Source of the DNA: Antedon mediterranea
Lineage: Eukaryota > Animalia > Echinodermata
Direction: 5' to 3'
Assembly: GCF_964355755.1 (NCBI RefSeq)
Contig: NC_092671.1
Location: 9,238,001 to 9,302,000 of the forward strand
Length of the DNA: 64,000 nt
Part shown: positions 38,876-52,460 of the stretch, in pieces
How the letters are laid out: each line of letters opens with the position of its first letter
Numbering within the stretch: the first letter of the stretch is position 1
Made by a program: the position numbers and the translations under genes
Notes under the pieces: generated by a model
Seen by the model: the letters and a program-made list of their open reading frames with translations, nothing else
Databases searched by the model: none
What the model was told of the DNA's origin: nothing

Positions 38876-38944
38876 GGTCAAGTCGGCCCTAAACCGTCTC
38901 GGCCAATGTCAAGTCGGCCCCACGTCAAGTCGGCTCCAAGTCAA
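38876..38944. repeat. GTCAAGTCGGC repeats (transposon subterminal-type)
   Basis: gtcaagtcggc occurs three times, plus degenerate copies. Confidence 0.55.
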
Positions 38945-39028
38945 TGTTAATCAGATAAAGATACAATGGAGAATTCGACGAGAAGTTGTGAGGGAGAGAA
39001 AGGAGGTTACATTGGTATAATCTTTTAA

Positions 39029-39315
39029 AGATGTATTGTCCCCCTGAAAAAAATAATTCTTAAACTTTGTTTATTTTAATATGCCATTTCAATGTCACAT
39101 AATATTTATCCATAAATTGGATAGAAAAAAATGTATTTACCTGAAAAAACTGTAATTTAAAGCAACAAAATAGTCTGCCAGCCAATGGGTAATTTTATCA
39201 TTTTATAAGTGAAAAAAATATTTTTTCTATTTTTACTACTTTTACAACTACAAAATAACCTATCCAATGTATGATTTAATCAATTTTCATTTTTAATGCT
39301 TTTGGGGGACAATAC
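39029..39315. mobile_element. Kolobok-like non-autonomous element (TTAA TSD)
   Basis: TTAA|AGATGTATTGTCCCCC ... GGGGGACAATAC|TTAA. A truncated inverted relative lies at about 48269-48465. Confidence 0.7.
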
Positions 39316-40479
39316 TTAACGAACATGAGATACAATCAGTAAATCTTTCAGCAATATTAATGTACAGCATAACAATCCTAATTGAATAAGGAGGATACAA
39401 TGTATTGTACTACGGTTGCAGGTAAAATCATTATAACCCGGATGGAATAGAGAAACGTTGATTAATGGTTGTCATGTGATATCATAACAATGTTCCAATC
39501 CGGTAGAAATAATTATGGGTATTTACAATATTCATTCAATATTTACATTATTCATTCAATATGTGAAAGTATATACAAAAAATTAAGGATGCTTAATTCT
39601 GAGATAGACGGACACAATGCAAACACTTCTTTTGAAATAACCGTTTCGGATACCAACCCTAGCTGTCCTAGATTTTTCGGGAATCGTACATTTAATAACA
39701 TTACGTTTAAACCTGGTATTTAATTACTTATTTATATTATAATTTTTTTCCATCGCAATTTTTCGTCCCTACACACACACATGCCTAAACGTGTATGGCT
39801 AGTGTTGCCCGAAAGCTCTGCTTACTTTTCTGGCTGTTTTACTTATCGTTTTGAATTAGCTTTTCGCTTTTTTTTCTCCATTGAGATCCAGCCACTGATA
39901 CCCACAGCATTGTCATTTTTTCAGTAATTTGCCTTTGGATTTATATATATACCCCGGTATATATATGCATATGCCTACTACTTTTTTCCTTCTTATTTTT
40001 AATCCTGGTTATGTCGTTATTGCTAACTCGGAAAGAATCTTTCCGGCGACAGGACAATGAAGTGTTAAGATGATTGATATTTAAATCATAATTTTAATAC
40101 AGTAGATATAAAGCGATTAAGAAGTACGAAATGATTAAAATCAATTAAATCACTCACTGAAATGTACACACTATGAGACATATTATATTATTATATCATG
40201 CACTCAAAATTTAAATAAAGTATATCAAATATTCTGCGAATTCATAAGTTTCTAAAATAAATTGACTTGTAAGCCGCAGAGTAGCGTAGGCCCTGTGTTT
40301 ATTGAATTAAAAAATGTCCAAAAATGTCTAAAAGAATTCCCAAAATGACTCAATAGGAGTTTCAGAAAAGTCCCTAAATTGCATTGTAAACTCTGTGTGG
40401 TTTATTAATTAAAGTAACTAACATTACTGTAAAATAATTTACAAAAGGACGAAAAATAAAAAAAAATTAAATACCTTAA

Positions 40480-41074
40480 AGCTCAGGTACAGGCATGAAT
40501 TTTAAACATAATATCTGGTTAATTGTACATAAATCTAATATTTGTAACAGAAATCAAGACGAAAAAACATGAATTTCCCCTATTATGGTCAAATACAAAA
40601 TTTGGCAAAATTCTGCCAAAAAAACTAGGAAGACTTTTTTTCAGTAGATAGGTAGTTAACATAATGTAATAACATGTCTGGTGACTCCCTAGAAGGTGAA
40701 AAAAGATAGTGGATATACGGTGGATAATTTTTGCTATAACATGAAAATAAAATTCTAAAGTTGAATAAAAATACCAGAAATGTAAAATTCAAGTTATATT
40801 ACCTATATTTAGTCATCTGATAACATTTTTTACCACACCGTTTATTTTTCATAGCTTTTTAAAATGCCTCTCTATTTTCGAAATTTGTGTACAAAAGAAT
40901 AGAGATTTTACTGTGTAATTTGAACTATCCCCCCACTGATAAGAAAGTGGTAATTTTCAAAAAGCTTGTGTAAACACAAATAAAATCCCAAAAATTATGA
41001 AACATAGGGGAAACTATAGATCGATAATTATTGGAATGTATGATCAATAGAAATTTTTTGCCCGCACCTGGCCT
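40480..41074. mobile_element. Kolobok-like non-autonomous element, about 595 bp (TTAA TSD)
   Basis: TTAA|AGCTCAGGTACAGGCATGAATTT ... AAATTTTTTGCCCGCACCTGGCCT|TTAA; imperfect TIR with purine-purine termini. Confidence 0.6.
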
Positions 41075-42408
41075 TTAATATAGGTCATAGTGCAACTTCC
41101 CTGCTCTATTTTTAAATAATCATTAAGTTATCATTTAATTATTGTTATTTTGGCAACTCAATGTACACAAAGTGAAAACAAATTAATAATAGGTTAGGAC
41201 ATAGATTTGCCAGTGTCCTTGTTACAGTAAAAACATAATCGCAATTGATACTAGACAATTGTGAAATGGTTTAAGCAATTAAAGTAGAACAAATCATTTG
41301 GAACATCCCTATTCAGGGAACATCCTATTAGGCCTTATTTTTCCGTGAAACAAATAGTGAAAGAATAATGTTTTAACATTACATTATATAAATAAAATAA
41401 AATGAAAAAAAAAATTGTCTTTGGTATTATCTATAATAGGGTTCTGTAAGTAGGTAAGTAAGTATTTATTGCTTTCCAAGAACAGTGCAATTTATAAAAC
41501 AGCATAGGCCTAAGTATTTGAATGAAAATAAATACATAGAAATATACAAACATTAAACTTGAGAAATTAAACATGGAAAGCAGGTGATAAACCTTTCCAC
41601 ACATTGATACAATGCAAATACAAAAATATAGATCTATTATTATTTATCTTATATTACAAATTAATTTCAATAACAAATTTAACTTATGCAAGTTCTGGCC
41701 TACTCTAATTTTAACTGCTTATACAGATTATGTCACAAATACATAAGAAATTTTTCTGTTCTAAAATCACACAAATTTGTACTGTGATGATATGAATCAT
41801 TTTTACGATGTGTTTCTAGTGATTAGGCCTATAACATTATTAATACCGAATCTAATTGTCCATACCACGCAAACCTACGCTACAATATGGGATTGTAATC
41901 ACAAACTTTAGCAAAATCCGCTTGGCTTAATTTTGTTTGACTTCTGTTTTTGGCCAACAGCCAGTTTTTAATTCCATATTTGTATTAAATTATAAATATT
42001 GATATTATTCATATTTTAATGTAGGGGGGAAGTTGTAATATGTAATAATAATGATTTATTTACCACAGAAGCGGTATGAGTCAGCATGGTTACCGTAAAT
42101 ATTGGCAATGCGTTAATTTGTATTAATAGAACGGTTTCGAGATCATTAAGATTTTTCAAAAATTGCAACAAAATACTGTAATGATATTTTGAAAGATCTG
42201 ACAAGATATTTACGGTTTATGATGTTTCCTACAAATATCATGACGTCACATCGAGAATCGTTATGTGTGCAAAGACAGACTGACTTTATTTCACAAGACA
42301 ATGCAACTATTAGGTCTAGAAGTGATTCTGGCTACGATCTTGTGTTTCTAAGCGTGTACACTCGTAAGGTGGGTGTAGTCGCGTGCTGACGCGTCGTTAA
42401 AAAGTTCG

Positions 42409-42450
42409 CTAATTACGTCCCTAATTACGTCCCTAATTACGTCCCTAATT
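42409..42450. repeat. 12-bp tandem repeat (ctaattacgtcc) x3.5
   Basis: Read directly from the sequence. Confidence 0.9.
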
Positions 42451-44699
42451 TACAACAAGTTTAATAGAATAGAATTCTTAGTACTGAATAATATTTATCC
42501 GTTGCCGCAATTAGTTCAATTGTACGTATAGACACAATTATGTTGCTATTTTGAGTGTTTTTTAACGAAACTAAATGCGTCAATTTAATTCCGCTTATAT
42601 GGTAAATTTTAAATATCTATGCATTAACCAGATTAAAATATTAATTGACTGATAAATTGATGCATCTTACAGATTATAAAAATTAATAAAACCCTATTAA
42701 AACTGGGCGTTGTGGAATGTCGCAACACAATTATTCCTTACCGCTATAATTTAGGATAGTGGTCGATTTATCAATAGGTATAGCTGATTGTGCTTATCCA
42801 GTGGAAATTACCAGGATTAGTTATGGACTGTCTAATCTGTAAATCGTGGGTTAGCCTATACAAGTACAATCCCATATATAGTCATCGTATCTTTTAATTG
42901 TACCTAGAACGGCAGGTATATTATAAACCACAGTTACCACAGAAATAAACAAACGAATTAGCATAAAATAACATGAGTAATTAATAGGCCTACATTCGAT
43001 AATATATGCAGTTTACTTTAATCTGACCAATCGCAAGCAACAGCATATCCGAATTATAATTACCTAATGTTGCGCGTATGTTTTGCGTTGCTTCCTCGTG
43101 GAAGCCAAGTTTAAGAAACACATTACATAATTATCTAGAAGAGTCTTTAAACAAACAACTCCCGGGTCAAGTTCATTAACAGGATGTTACTCTACGAAGA
43201 CCATCCTACACATAAACGGAAGTTACAAATTAACCAGCTTGCGTTGGAATAGCACGATATTATGTTCGGTAATACATTAGTAAAATGGAAGTGGAACCAC
43301 CATTTTGCAACTTCCGCGTAAGATTCACCACATTTCATGCTACTGGTTCCACACACACTAGCTATTTTCGCACAGCATCATTGTGACGGCTCTTCTGAGA
43401 TTAAGCCGTTGCGTTTCATTTAACAAATCACTTTTCGCGTAGATACGCGGTAGCTATGAGCTAATGGAATCTTTCTTAAAGACATTGATCAAAATTCTCA
43501 AGATTGCCTACTTGTAAGAAACACTTCTGTGGTTACAATTGCCTTATTTTAATCATCGTGAAGGCGTGCCCTTTTCCCGTTTAAATACTTCCTTCCCCGG
43601 AAGTTCAAAAGTGTGGCACTTTCTTATTGAACCACAGGAAGTGCTGTATTAATATCAGATATTTTGTATTACGATTTTTACAATAGAAAGTATTGAAATT
43701 GAAATTTTCCATCCATCGTAGCAGCATTCGTAAATTAAATGGCGTACAGTATTGATGGACTCACAATTATTTACAGTTTTAGAATTGTAACATTTTCACT
43801 TCTTTTTTTTTTTATATGGATTTTATACCTGATGTGTTTTCTACTATTTTTGCCTTCTTATTTTAAGTGTTTTATATGTTGTCTTTTCTTGCCCTGAATA
43901 TGCTTGGTCCCCCAAACTGTGACCTGGAATGTTTGTTCATTCTTGTGTTTTTTTTAAAAATAGGCCTAAAGGATGATTTTATATAATTCTATATGCATAA
44001 TTCAATTCTTTATTATTACATCACAACAAATTTGATCAAATTAACATCAAGAAGGTAAGCAATAAAACAAACAGCTTTCAAAAACAATTAATTACCGTAT
44101 GTCTCCTAAAAAAGGCTGAGAAAACATAATTGATAGCAGGCACAGTAAGAAAAATAATAATAAATAATGTATGAGCATAGGTCAATACTTAGATTTTGTT
44201 GAGCATGCTCTTTTGTGTGTAAATGAGACTATCGAGTCAATGACATTTCTACCCCCGTAGGTCATAAACTGTGTTTTGCAATATCAAAATAATACAATAC
44301 TCTCTTCAACCACCAATCACCTTTTAAATACCGATTTTCATCGACTTATAACCGACAAAAGCAAATACGAAATTGTACCGTTATTTAGCTAACTATTGTA
44401 AAAAAATAGGGATATATTTAAGTGTATTGTTTTCGTAGACGGCAGAATTACTTGTAAGGGTTCGTGTGTCTCCACCACCTTGACTTAGGGTTGCTAATCG
44501 CTCAATTGCTCTATTGACAAGTTTTTTAACTGTAATTGCTCGAGGTAGTTAAATGTGTGTATAGTGTGTCGTGAATTGGACCAGAAAAGTGGTTAGTTCT
44601 CAAACATAAAAAAGGTATTATCATACAATGTTACTGTGTTAATTTTTTCCGGTGATTATATTTTGATAAACAATACATTTTAATTAAAACAAAACCATA

Positions 44700-44806
44700 T
44701 GTTGGTTCCCTCCAGGGCGCAACGTTAAGACGTAATATGACCAATCACAAGCGATGATTGATGTTTATACGTCATGCGTTGCGTCGTCCTAGTGAGAGTC
44801 AAGCTT
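44700..44806. mobile_element. Internally deleted copy of Harbinger-like MITE family B
   Basis: ttggttccc...gcgcaacg...tgaccaatcacaagcgatg...gcgttgcgtcgtcctagtg...aagct matches 56912-57369. Another remnant lies at about 43024-43112. Confidence 0.65.
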
Positions 44807-46950
44807 AATTAAAGTATCTAATGCACTCGTCTTATTAAAAAAGGTTATTAATGTGTAAGTGTGCTTATAAGAACAAAAATGTAATAAATATAGGATGAAA
44901 ATGATACTGAGGATTAAAGTGTAGGTCTCGTTGATGATATGACGGTATCAGATGATGATGATGATGACGTTGGGGATAATGACGGTGAAGATGATGCTGT
45001 GGATCAGCTGACGTTAAGGGGGATCGTGAGATGAGGTTTACAAATAGTGGGAAATTATGGTTTTACAGTTGTAACGGGTTGTATTTCAGCATCTTGAATT
45101 AGACACAGAATCGGCGCCGTATTAAGATTATTTAACGCTTCAATCGTCTGTGTCGGCAAAAACTAAACACATGAACAATAGTTGAGCAATACCACAATAT
45201 AACCGATGAAACTAGTGAACTGAATGAAGACAGAACACTATCTATTGTTTGATGTTGGAATTTAGAAAATGTGGAAATATATTTTCTAGAATTCCGTTCA
45301 TCAATAATTTTCATTCATTACCGGTATATATTATTGTAGAAAGAAAATGATTTGATCTCTGGCCAGATATGTTGAGAAAGAATCCGTTTAGAATTTACAC
45401 GTAACAAAACCATCAGAGTGATGCAATCACTCGTGCCTATGTATCATCATTATTCATGTATTTGGTTAAATTTAATTCACCTATTACTAAATATCGGGTC
45501 AGTGACACCACATAAAGATACAAACGTTTAAAATGCTTTCAAACGCACTTATAAATTAATTTTACAAACGCTGATAAGCTTATAAACGCGTTCAATCGAC
45601 GTTAGACAATTTTATAAACGCGTGTAAACGCTAATAATACAGCTTTTATACGCGCGCTTATGTTCCTCTGTGCACGGTACGTGGGACCATAGCGCAAATT
45701 CCTTATGAAATGTAGGCATATTGAAACAAAGTAATTATCGAGTAATTGAGCCTATACTCAAGGATTTCACAGAAAAAGGTACAGAAGTATAGGTGCGTTT
45801 ACAATAACCTAATGTAAATTATAAAAAGATAAAATAATAGAAATAGTTTAGATACGGTATTGGTAAATACAGGGTAAAGGTACGATGTATTATCGAGGGC
45901 TTTCCATGTCTCGACAATTGTATAACTAAACCCACACCAGTTTAACCCACAGAGCAATAAAATTTGTTCTTGCTCACCATATTATCTGTACTACGGTACT
46001 ATAATATAGAAAAGAATAATGCGATTTTGTGGGCTAAAACCTATCTATATCGCATGTATTTATGATTATCATTTTTGTGTTTTGTGTCATTGAAACGAAA
46101 GGTAATTTACTTTTACAATAGACAAAATACCTCGCGGTGGTACTTTATTTAATTACTATACGAACTTCAAAAATTCAATTAGACATACTTGTATGACAGT
46201 AACAAACTCAGTGGACCGATACTAACCATAACCATAATAAACAAATTGGTTTTGAATTGAGATTTAGGGACAGCTCAGTTAAACCATTGTAACGGAGACA
46301 AAATGCCAATGGTACAGTAAAGTATAGGTACATCATGACAATTAGTTCCATAGAATCAAACACGAGAAAGGTTTATCAAAGAAGTATGTGTATAACAGAA
46401 GCAGTTGAAATGGGTCATGTTTTTATCTAACGGCACATCAAAATTACCTTTTTAAAATATGTAAATTATTGTATACTGTTAAAGATAATTTCCGCGAGAA
46501 ATAATTGTCACACATAATTGCCACTAATATCGCATTACTTGTTTTGTAACCCAACTTTATTGTCTCTATTATTTTTAATGAGTGAGAAAATGTGCTCGAG
46601 TATCGAATAAAAGAATTAGGATTATTATGTAACGGTTTTATAAGCCAATGCTGTAATCTGTAAAATAGTTTGGATACGTACGATAAGTACATACTTGAAT
46701 TGTTTGAATAGCCGGTTATGTAATCATCAACAATAACCAGTTATTCAATCAATGTGTGTTGAAAGAAAGTAAATTTTGGTTTGGCCCACACTAAAGTTCT
46801 AGTGTGCTGCTCACTCCGGGGTTGAAATCCGTCAAATATGGGGCTTTGTCCACGAGGGAACAAATTCAATTTCAATTATCATAGTCATAACACAAGAAAC
46901 TCAAATAAAATACATATTCCAAAAAAAAAACAAAACTCTATTATTCCAAC

Positions 46951-46979
46951 CATGGAGAAATCAGACTGATTTCTCCATG
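46951..46979. mobile_element. 29-bp perfect palindrome flanked by a 7-bp direct repeat (P-element-like footprint or mini-element)
   Basis: ttccaac|CATGGAGAAATCAG-A-CTGATTTCTCCATG|ttccaac. Confidence 0.75.
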
Positions 46980-48268
46980 TTCCAACATAACATTCAGTTT
47001 TCAGGGCCAAAATATCTACCTACTAGTACCCAAATACATAACCGAATCTCTAACAATAAAACACTTTATTCTTTATTCTTTATTCTTTATTAAAAACAAA
47101 CCAATTGGCAGCAAATCTGCTGAATTGCATGGTAAGGGAAAATATACATTCAAAAGACAGGTAAAGTAATAGTCATCATTAAACAAAATTATCGCAATTA
47201 AAAAATATATGTAAATGTAAACATAAAGTTAAAAAAATATAGTCTTATTGCAAGGATATAGTATATACATATTTTCCACATACAATCACTGAATCCTAAA
47301 TAATTTTAAATCAAATTTCATTGATATTTTTCAATCGGTTTAATTTTTTTTATATTGCTTTTTGTTCTTGTTATTCGATAAAATTGTACAGTACCTTATT
47401 TTTTATTTTAGGCAGCCCTTTACAAGTTTTCGCTTTTTAAGTTTTGCCGCTCTTAGTTATCATTAATTCATTACAAACTTTGTACATAGAAAAGAAAAGA
47501 GAAATAAATATATAATATAATGTAATGTAAAAGGAAGGGACATTATACAGGCTGTTCATATACCTTTCCAATATTATGGTTGGAGAATAATAATGATGCA
47601 CACTTAGTAATCTCTGGTTGATTTCTTTATTTAGAATCGTTCATTGGTCAGCGGCTAACCATATTAAGACCTAAATAATTCAATCAAATTCTTGTTGTTT
47701 TACTTTTTGTTGGGTTTTTTTGTTATATTTCCCTTAAAGTGTGTTATGTCATACTAAAGTCACATGCTTAAGAAATGTTAAATTATTAGGTCATGTTTTA
47801 GTTCCGGTAAGTTGTGTGATGTAAGACTGACGTGGCTCTTTCTTTTTATAGGAATAATACCATGCTTTTGATAATCCTATATATCCTATACAAAATGTGT
47901 GTGAATAGACGTAATTGCATAGACTATAGAAAGTATTTAAACCTTAGGCATTTTCATTGTACAATAAGGAACGTTTCAAGTTCGCATTATTAAGATCAAA
48001 TATGCGGATATATTTGATTGATAATAATTTATATTAGGAAAAGGAAATGCTTATTCTGTATTATTTGATTGATGGCTATTATATTGGTGATAGGCCTATA
48101 TTGTATTTTTGGTTCGTTCATCGATCGATCCAGTAAAGTTATTGATTGTGTATGCCTACTGAGAGTCACGCAGACTTTTGTGACTATTTTGGTACCATAA
48201 ATCTCCCTCACTCTTTTATTACAGTGTATTTCCCTGTTAAGCTACTGATTTGTTTATTTCTTGGTTAA

Positions 48269-48465
48269 AGATGTATTTTCCCCCAAAAAACATAAACTAT
48301 TATTTCAATTAAAATTTAAAGTTATTCACTTCCGGAGAAAAAAAAACCAACACAAAATTATTGATTAAATAAATTAAATTCTAACCAAAAACCCATTTTC
48401 TGACAGATAATTTGACTCATTTTTGCTTTAAACTACATTTTTTTAGGTAAATTTTTTTTCCAATG
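48269..48465. mobile_element. Truncated copy of the 39029 Kolobok-like family
   Basis: TTAA|AGATGTATTTTCCCCC start; ttgctttaaactacattttttttaggtaaa resembles the reverse complement of 39136-39166. Confidence 0.55.
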
Positions 48466-49472
48466 CAATTTCTGGTCAAAGTGAATAATTCAACAATGAA
48501 ACTCTCTTCTCTACTATGTCGTGTGTCTTTAAGATTTCGTTGTGACACTTTGTGTCGTGAGAGTTGGTTATGCACATTTTTCTCTTGCTTACTTTATATG
48601 CTTTCTTTTTCTGCTATGAAAAAATTTACGAAGAAGACTAAGATATCGATTACCTCAAGTATGTTCCCAGTTTGCTTTAGTTTTTCGTTATTAGAAATTT
48701 ATATCTTGAATATTGTTGCGGTTTCTTATTTTCGAGTTGTTAGATGATTTTGTGTTTTTCATTGCTTGTTTTTAAAATTTGATTACTAACTATTTTGTTT
48801 GTCACCTTTACATGCTGTTACTGTTTGTTTATCAGGAGCATTTTATATGTGCATGTACAGTATATCTGTCGAGTTACATTTTAGAACTTGTTCAACCAGA
48901 AGTCCTGTAAAAACAGCTTACAGAATAAATTCCTTACGTTGATGACATGATTCTAGTTGGCCCGAAATGTCACCCCATTTCCGCACCATTGATTGAATAA
49001 AACGCGCGAATAATAAAAGTGTTAAAGAAAATAAACAAATATTAAAGCAGCCAATAACCGTAACATGTAGAACCAGGGAGTTGTAAACAACTCCCTGGTA
49101 CAACCAACTAAATATGACGCCAAAATAACGCGATCCTAACCACAGCCTTTACTGAATAATTTACAGTTCAATTATCATTAACTAATTAGGCTTTAACGCG
49201 TTCAAGTTTATTGTCATTGTGAAAGTTTATGACGCCTTTACTTGTTTATCATATTTGACGTCATAATCGTCATAGGCCTAATATGCAAGATTTGAGGTAT
49301 CTGAACTTTATTGAAGTCCACGATAAGCTTACTGGTAAAAATGAGAGGCTTAGTTTTGTCTGAATAAAGCAAAGTTAGAAATTAGCTGAAACATTTTAAA
49401 ATAAAGAATGAATAACATTTTACAAAAGATTGTCATTGTCACTGGTGTAAATAAAATAATAAATAAGAGTAA

Positions 49473-49639
49473 AGTTCTATCAAATTGTATGTGCCCATAT
49501 ATGGACATGATGATGTCATATCACTGCCATATTTAAGCATATCACTACCATATTTGAGCACATCACACTTTTTTTATAGTGTAGACCATGGAAGAGTGGT
49601 AGAGTGGTGGTAAAGCTCTTTCCTAGTGTAGACAGAGCT
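49473..49639. mobile_element. Harbinger-like MITE family A, copy 3 (reverse orientation, carries a 40-bp insertion)
   Basis: TAA|AGTTCT...GTGTAGACAGAGCT|TAA; the interior is the reverse complement of copies 1 and 2. Confidence 0.75.
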
Positions 49640-50529
49640 TAATTAGATAATCAAACTCAAATTTGTTTCAGAAAGAATGTTCTAATATCTTAGAAATAAT
49701 TAAACAAATGCCATCCATACGCCTCAAGTCAGTTGGGTCAGTAGGCAAGCGGTTTCACTCAAAAAGTCACCTTTGCATAGATAATACGTCTGTGGAATTG
49801 ATTGCTAAATATGATAAGTGTGGGCGGATGATGAACAATAAGTCTTTTATATTTCCAGAATAATAGTAAATATTTCTTTTCAATTTTAGAATAATAGATA
49901 TAATGGTAAATGATAGACAACATATGTTAACGTTATGTGAAACATCTATATTAAACACCTGACCGCATTACAACGGATGTTCACAAAGAACACAATTTCA
50001 AATTCAATTTAAGGAATAAAGTGAATATAATTACTATAGGCCTTTATGAAAGGTTCACAGATGTTTAGATAGGTGGTACTGTATTATTAAAGTACAATAA
50101 GTTGTGTAGTAGTGTATCATACTATATTAATAACCCCAAATATTGTTGTTAATGTATAGGCCTAACGAACCTTCTTCATTCAGTAAATTCAGTAAATTTA
50201 TGGGAATGGTATTGTCCGTTTAGTAACAACATGTACATGTATACTTATTTCGATGTGGATTAATTTGAATCAACACTAATAACTTGCGGTTTCGAACAGT
50301 TGATTATTTAATGAAAGGAATAATACACAGTTCGAAATGAGTGATTGATAGAATGTTAAAGGATGAAGTTGTCAGAGTTTGGTTAAACATTGTTGAAGTA
50401 GAAGGCAGTGTCTCGTGGTACGGTAGAACCGTAAAACAATAACACCAACTATGCCTCATAGAGCAGCTTAAAACTGTGCAAAAGTGGTAACCAACTATTA
50501 TGATAAGGTAGTTAGAACTGTGAAAAAGT

Positions 50530-52460
50530 GGTAACCAACTATGCCTAATAGAGCAGCTTATCATAGTGATAACCAACTATGCCACATAGAGCAGCTTATC
50601 ATAGTGGTAACCAACTATGCCACATAGAGCAGCTTATCATAGTGGTAACCAACTATGCCACATAGAGCAGCTTATCATAGTGGTAACCAACTATGCCACA
50701 TAGAGCAGCTTATCATAGTGGTAACCAACTATGCCACATAGAGTAGCTTATCATAGTGGTAACCAACTATGCCACATAGAGCAGCTTATCATAGTGGTAA
50801 CCAACTATGCCTAATAGAGCAGCTTATCATAGTGGTAACCAACTATGCCACATAGAGCAGCTTATCATAGTGGTAACCAACTATGCCACATAGAGTAGCT
50901 TATCATAGTGGTAACCAACTATGCCACATAGAGTAGCTTATCATAGTGGTAATCAACTATGCCACATAGAGTAACTTATCATAGTGGTAATCAACTATGC
51001 CACATAGAGCAGCTTATCATAGTGGTAACCAACTATGCCACATAGAGCAGCTTATCATAGTGGTAACCAACTATGCCACATAGAGCAGCTTATCATAGTG
51101 GTAACCAACTATGCCACATAGAGCAGCTTATCATAGTGGTAACCAACTATGCCACATAGAGCAGCTTATCATAGTGGTAACCAACTATGCCACATAGAGT
51201 AGCTTATCATAGTGGTAACCAACTATGCCACATAGAGCAGCTTATCATAGTGGTAACCAACTATGCCACATAGAGCAGCTTATCATAGTGGTAACCAACT
51301 ATGCCACATAGAGTAACTTATCATAGTGGTAACCAGCTATGCCACATAGAGCAGCTTATCATAGTGGTAACCAACTATGCCACATAGAGTAACTTATCAT
51401 AGTGGTAACCAACTATGGCACATAGAGCAGCTTATCATAGTGGTAACCAACTATGCCACATAGAGCAGCTTATCATAGTGGTAACCAACTATGCCACATA
51501 GAGCAGCTTATCATAGTGGTAACCAACTATGCCACATAGAGCAGCTTATCATAGTGGTAACCAACTATGCCACATAGAGCAGCTTATCATAGTGGTAACC
51601 AACTATGCCACATAGAGCAGCTTATCATAGTGGTAACCAACTATGCCACATAGAGCAGCTTATCATAGTGGTAACCAACTATGCAACATAGAGTAGCTTA
51701 TCATAGTGGTAACCAACTATGCCACATAGAGCAGCTTATCATAGTGGTAACCAACTATGCCACATAGAGCAGCTTATCATAGTGGTAACCAACTATGCCA
51801 CATAGAGTAACTTATCATAGTGGTAACCAGCTATGCCACATAGAGCAGCTTATCATAGTGGTAACCAACTATGCCACATAGAGTAACTTATCATAGTGGT
51901 AACCAACTATGGCACATAGAGCAGCTTATCATAGTGGTAACCAACTATGCCACATAGAGCAGCTTATCATAGTGGTAACCAACTATGCCACATAGAGCAG
52001 CTTATCATAGTGGTAACCAACTATGCCACATAGAGCAGCTTATCATAGTGGTAACCAACTATGCCACATAGAGCAGCTTATCATAGTGGTAACCAACTAT
52101 GCCACATAGAGTAACTTATCATAGTGGTAACCAACTATGCCACATAGAGCAGCTTATCATAGTGGTAACCAACTATGCCACATAGAGCAGCTTATCATAG
52201 TGGTAACCAACTATGCCACATAGAGCAGCTTATCATAGTGGTAACCAACTATGCCACATAGAGCAGCTTATCATAGTGGTAACCAACTATGCCACATAGA
52301 GCAGCTTATCATAGTGGTAATCAACTATGCCACATAGAGCAGCTTATCATAGTGGTAACCAACTATGCCACATAGAGCAGCTTATCATAGTGGTAACCAG
52401 CTATGCCACATAGAGTAACTTATCATAGTGGTAACCAACTATGCTTAATAGAGTAGCTTA
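50530..52460. repeat. 38-bp minisatellite (taaccaactatgccacatagagcagcttatcatagtgg)n, about 50 units
   Basis: Head-to-tail near-identical units with no spacers; degenerate longer units on both flanks. Confidence 0.98.

Noticed and set aside
44930-45010. Asp-rich coding-like stretch
   Set aside because: A degenerate (GAT)n microsatellite without ORF or splice context.
50530-52460. 38-bp repeat array as a CRISPR array
   Set aside because: The units are head-to-tail with no unique spacers, there are no cas genes, and the context is eukaryotic.
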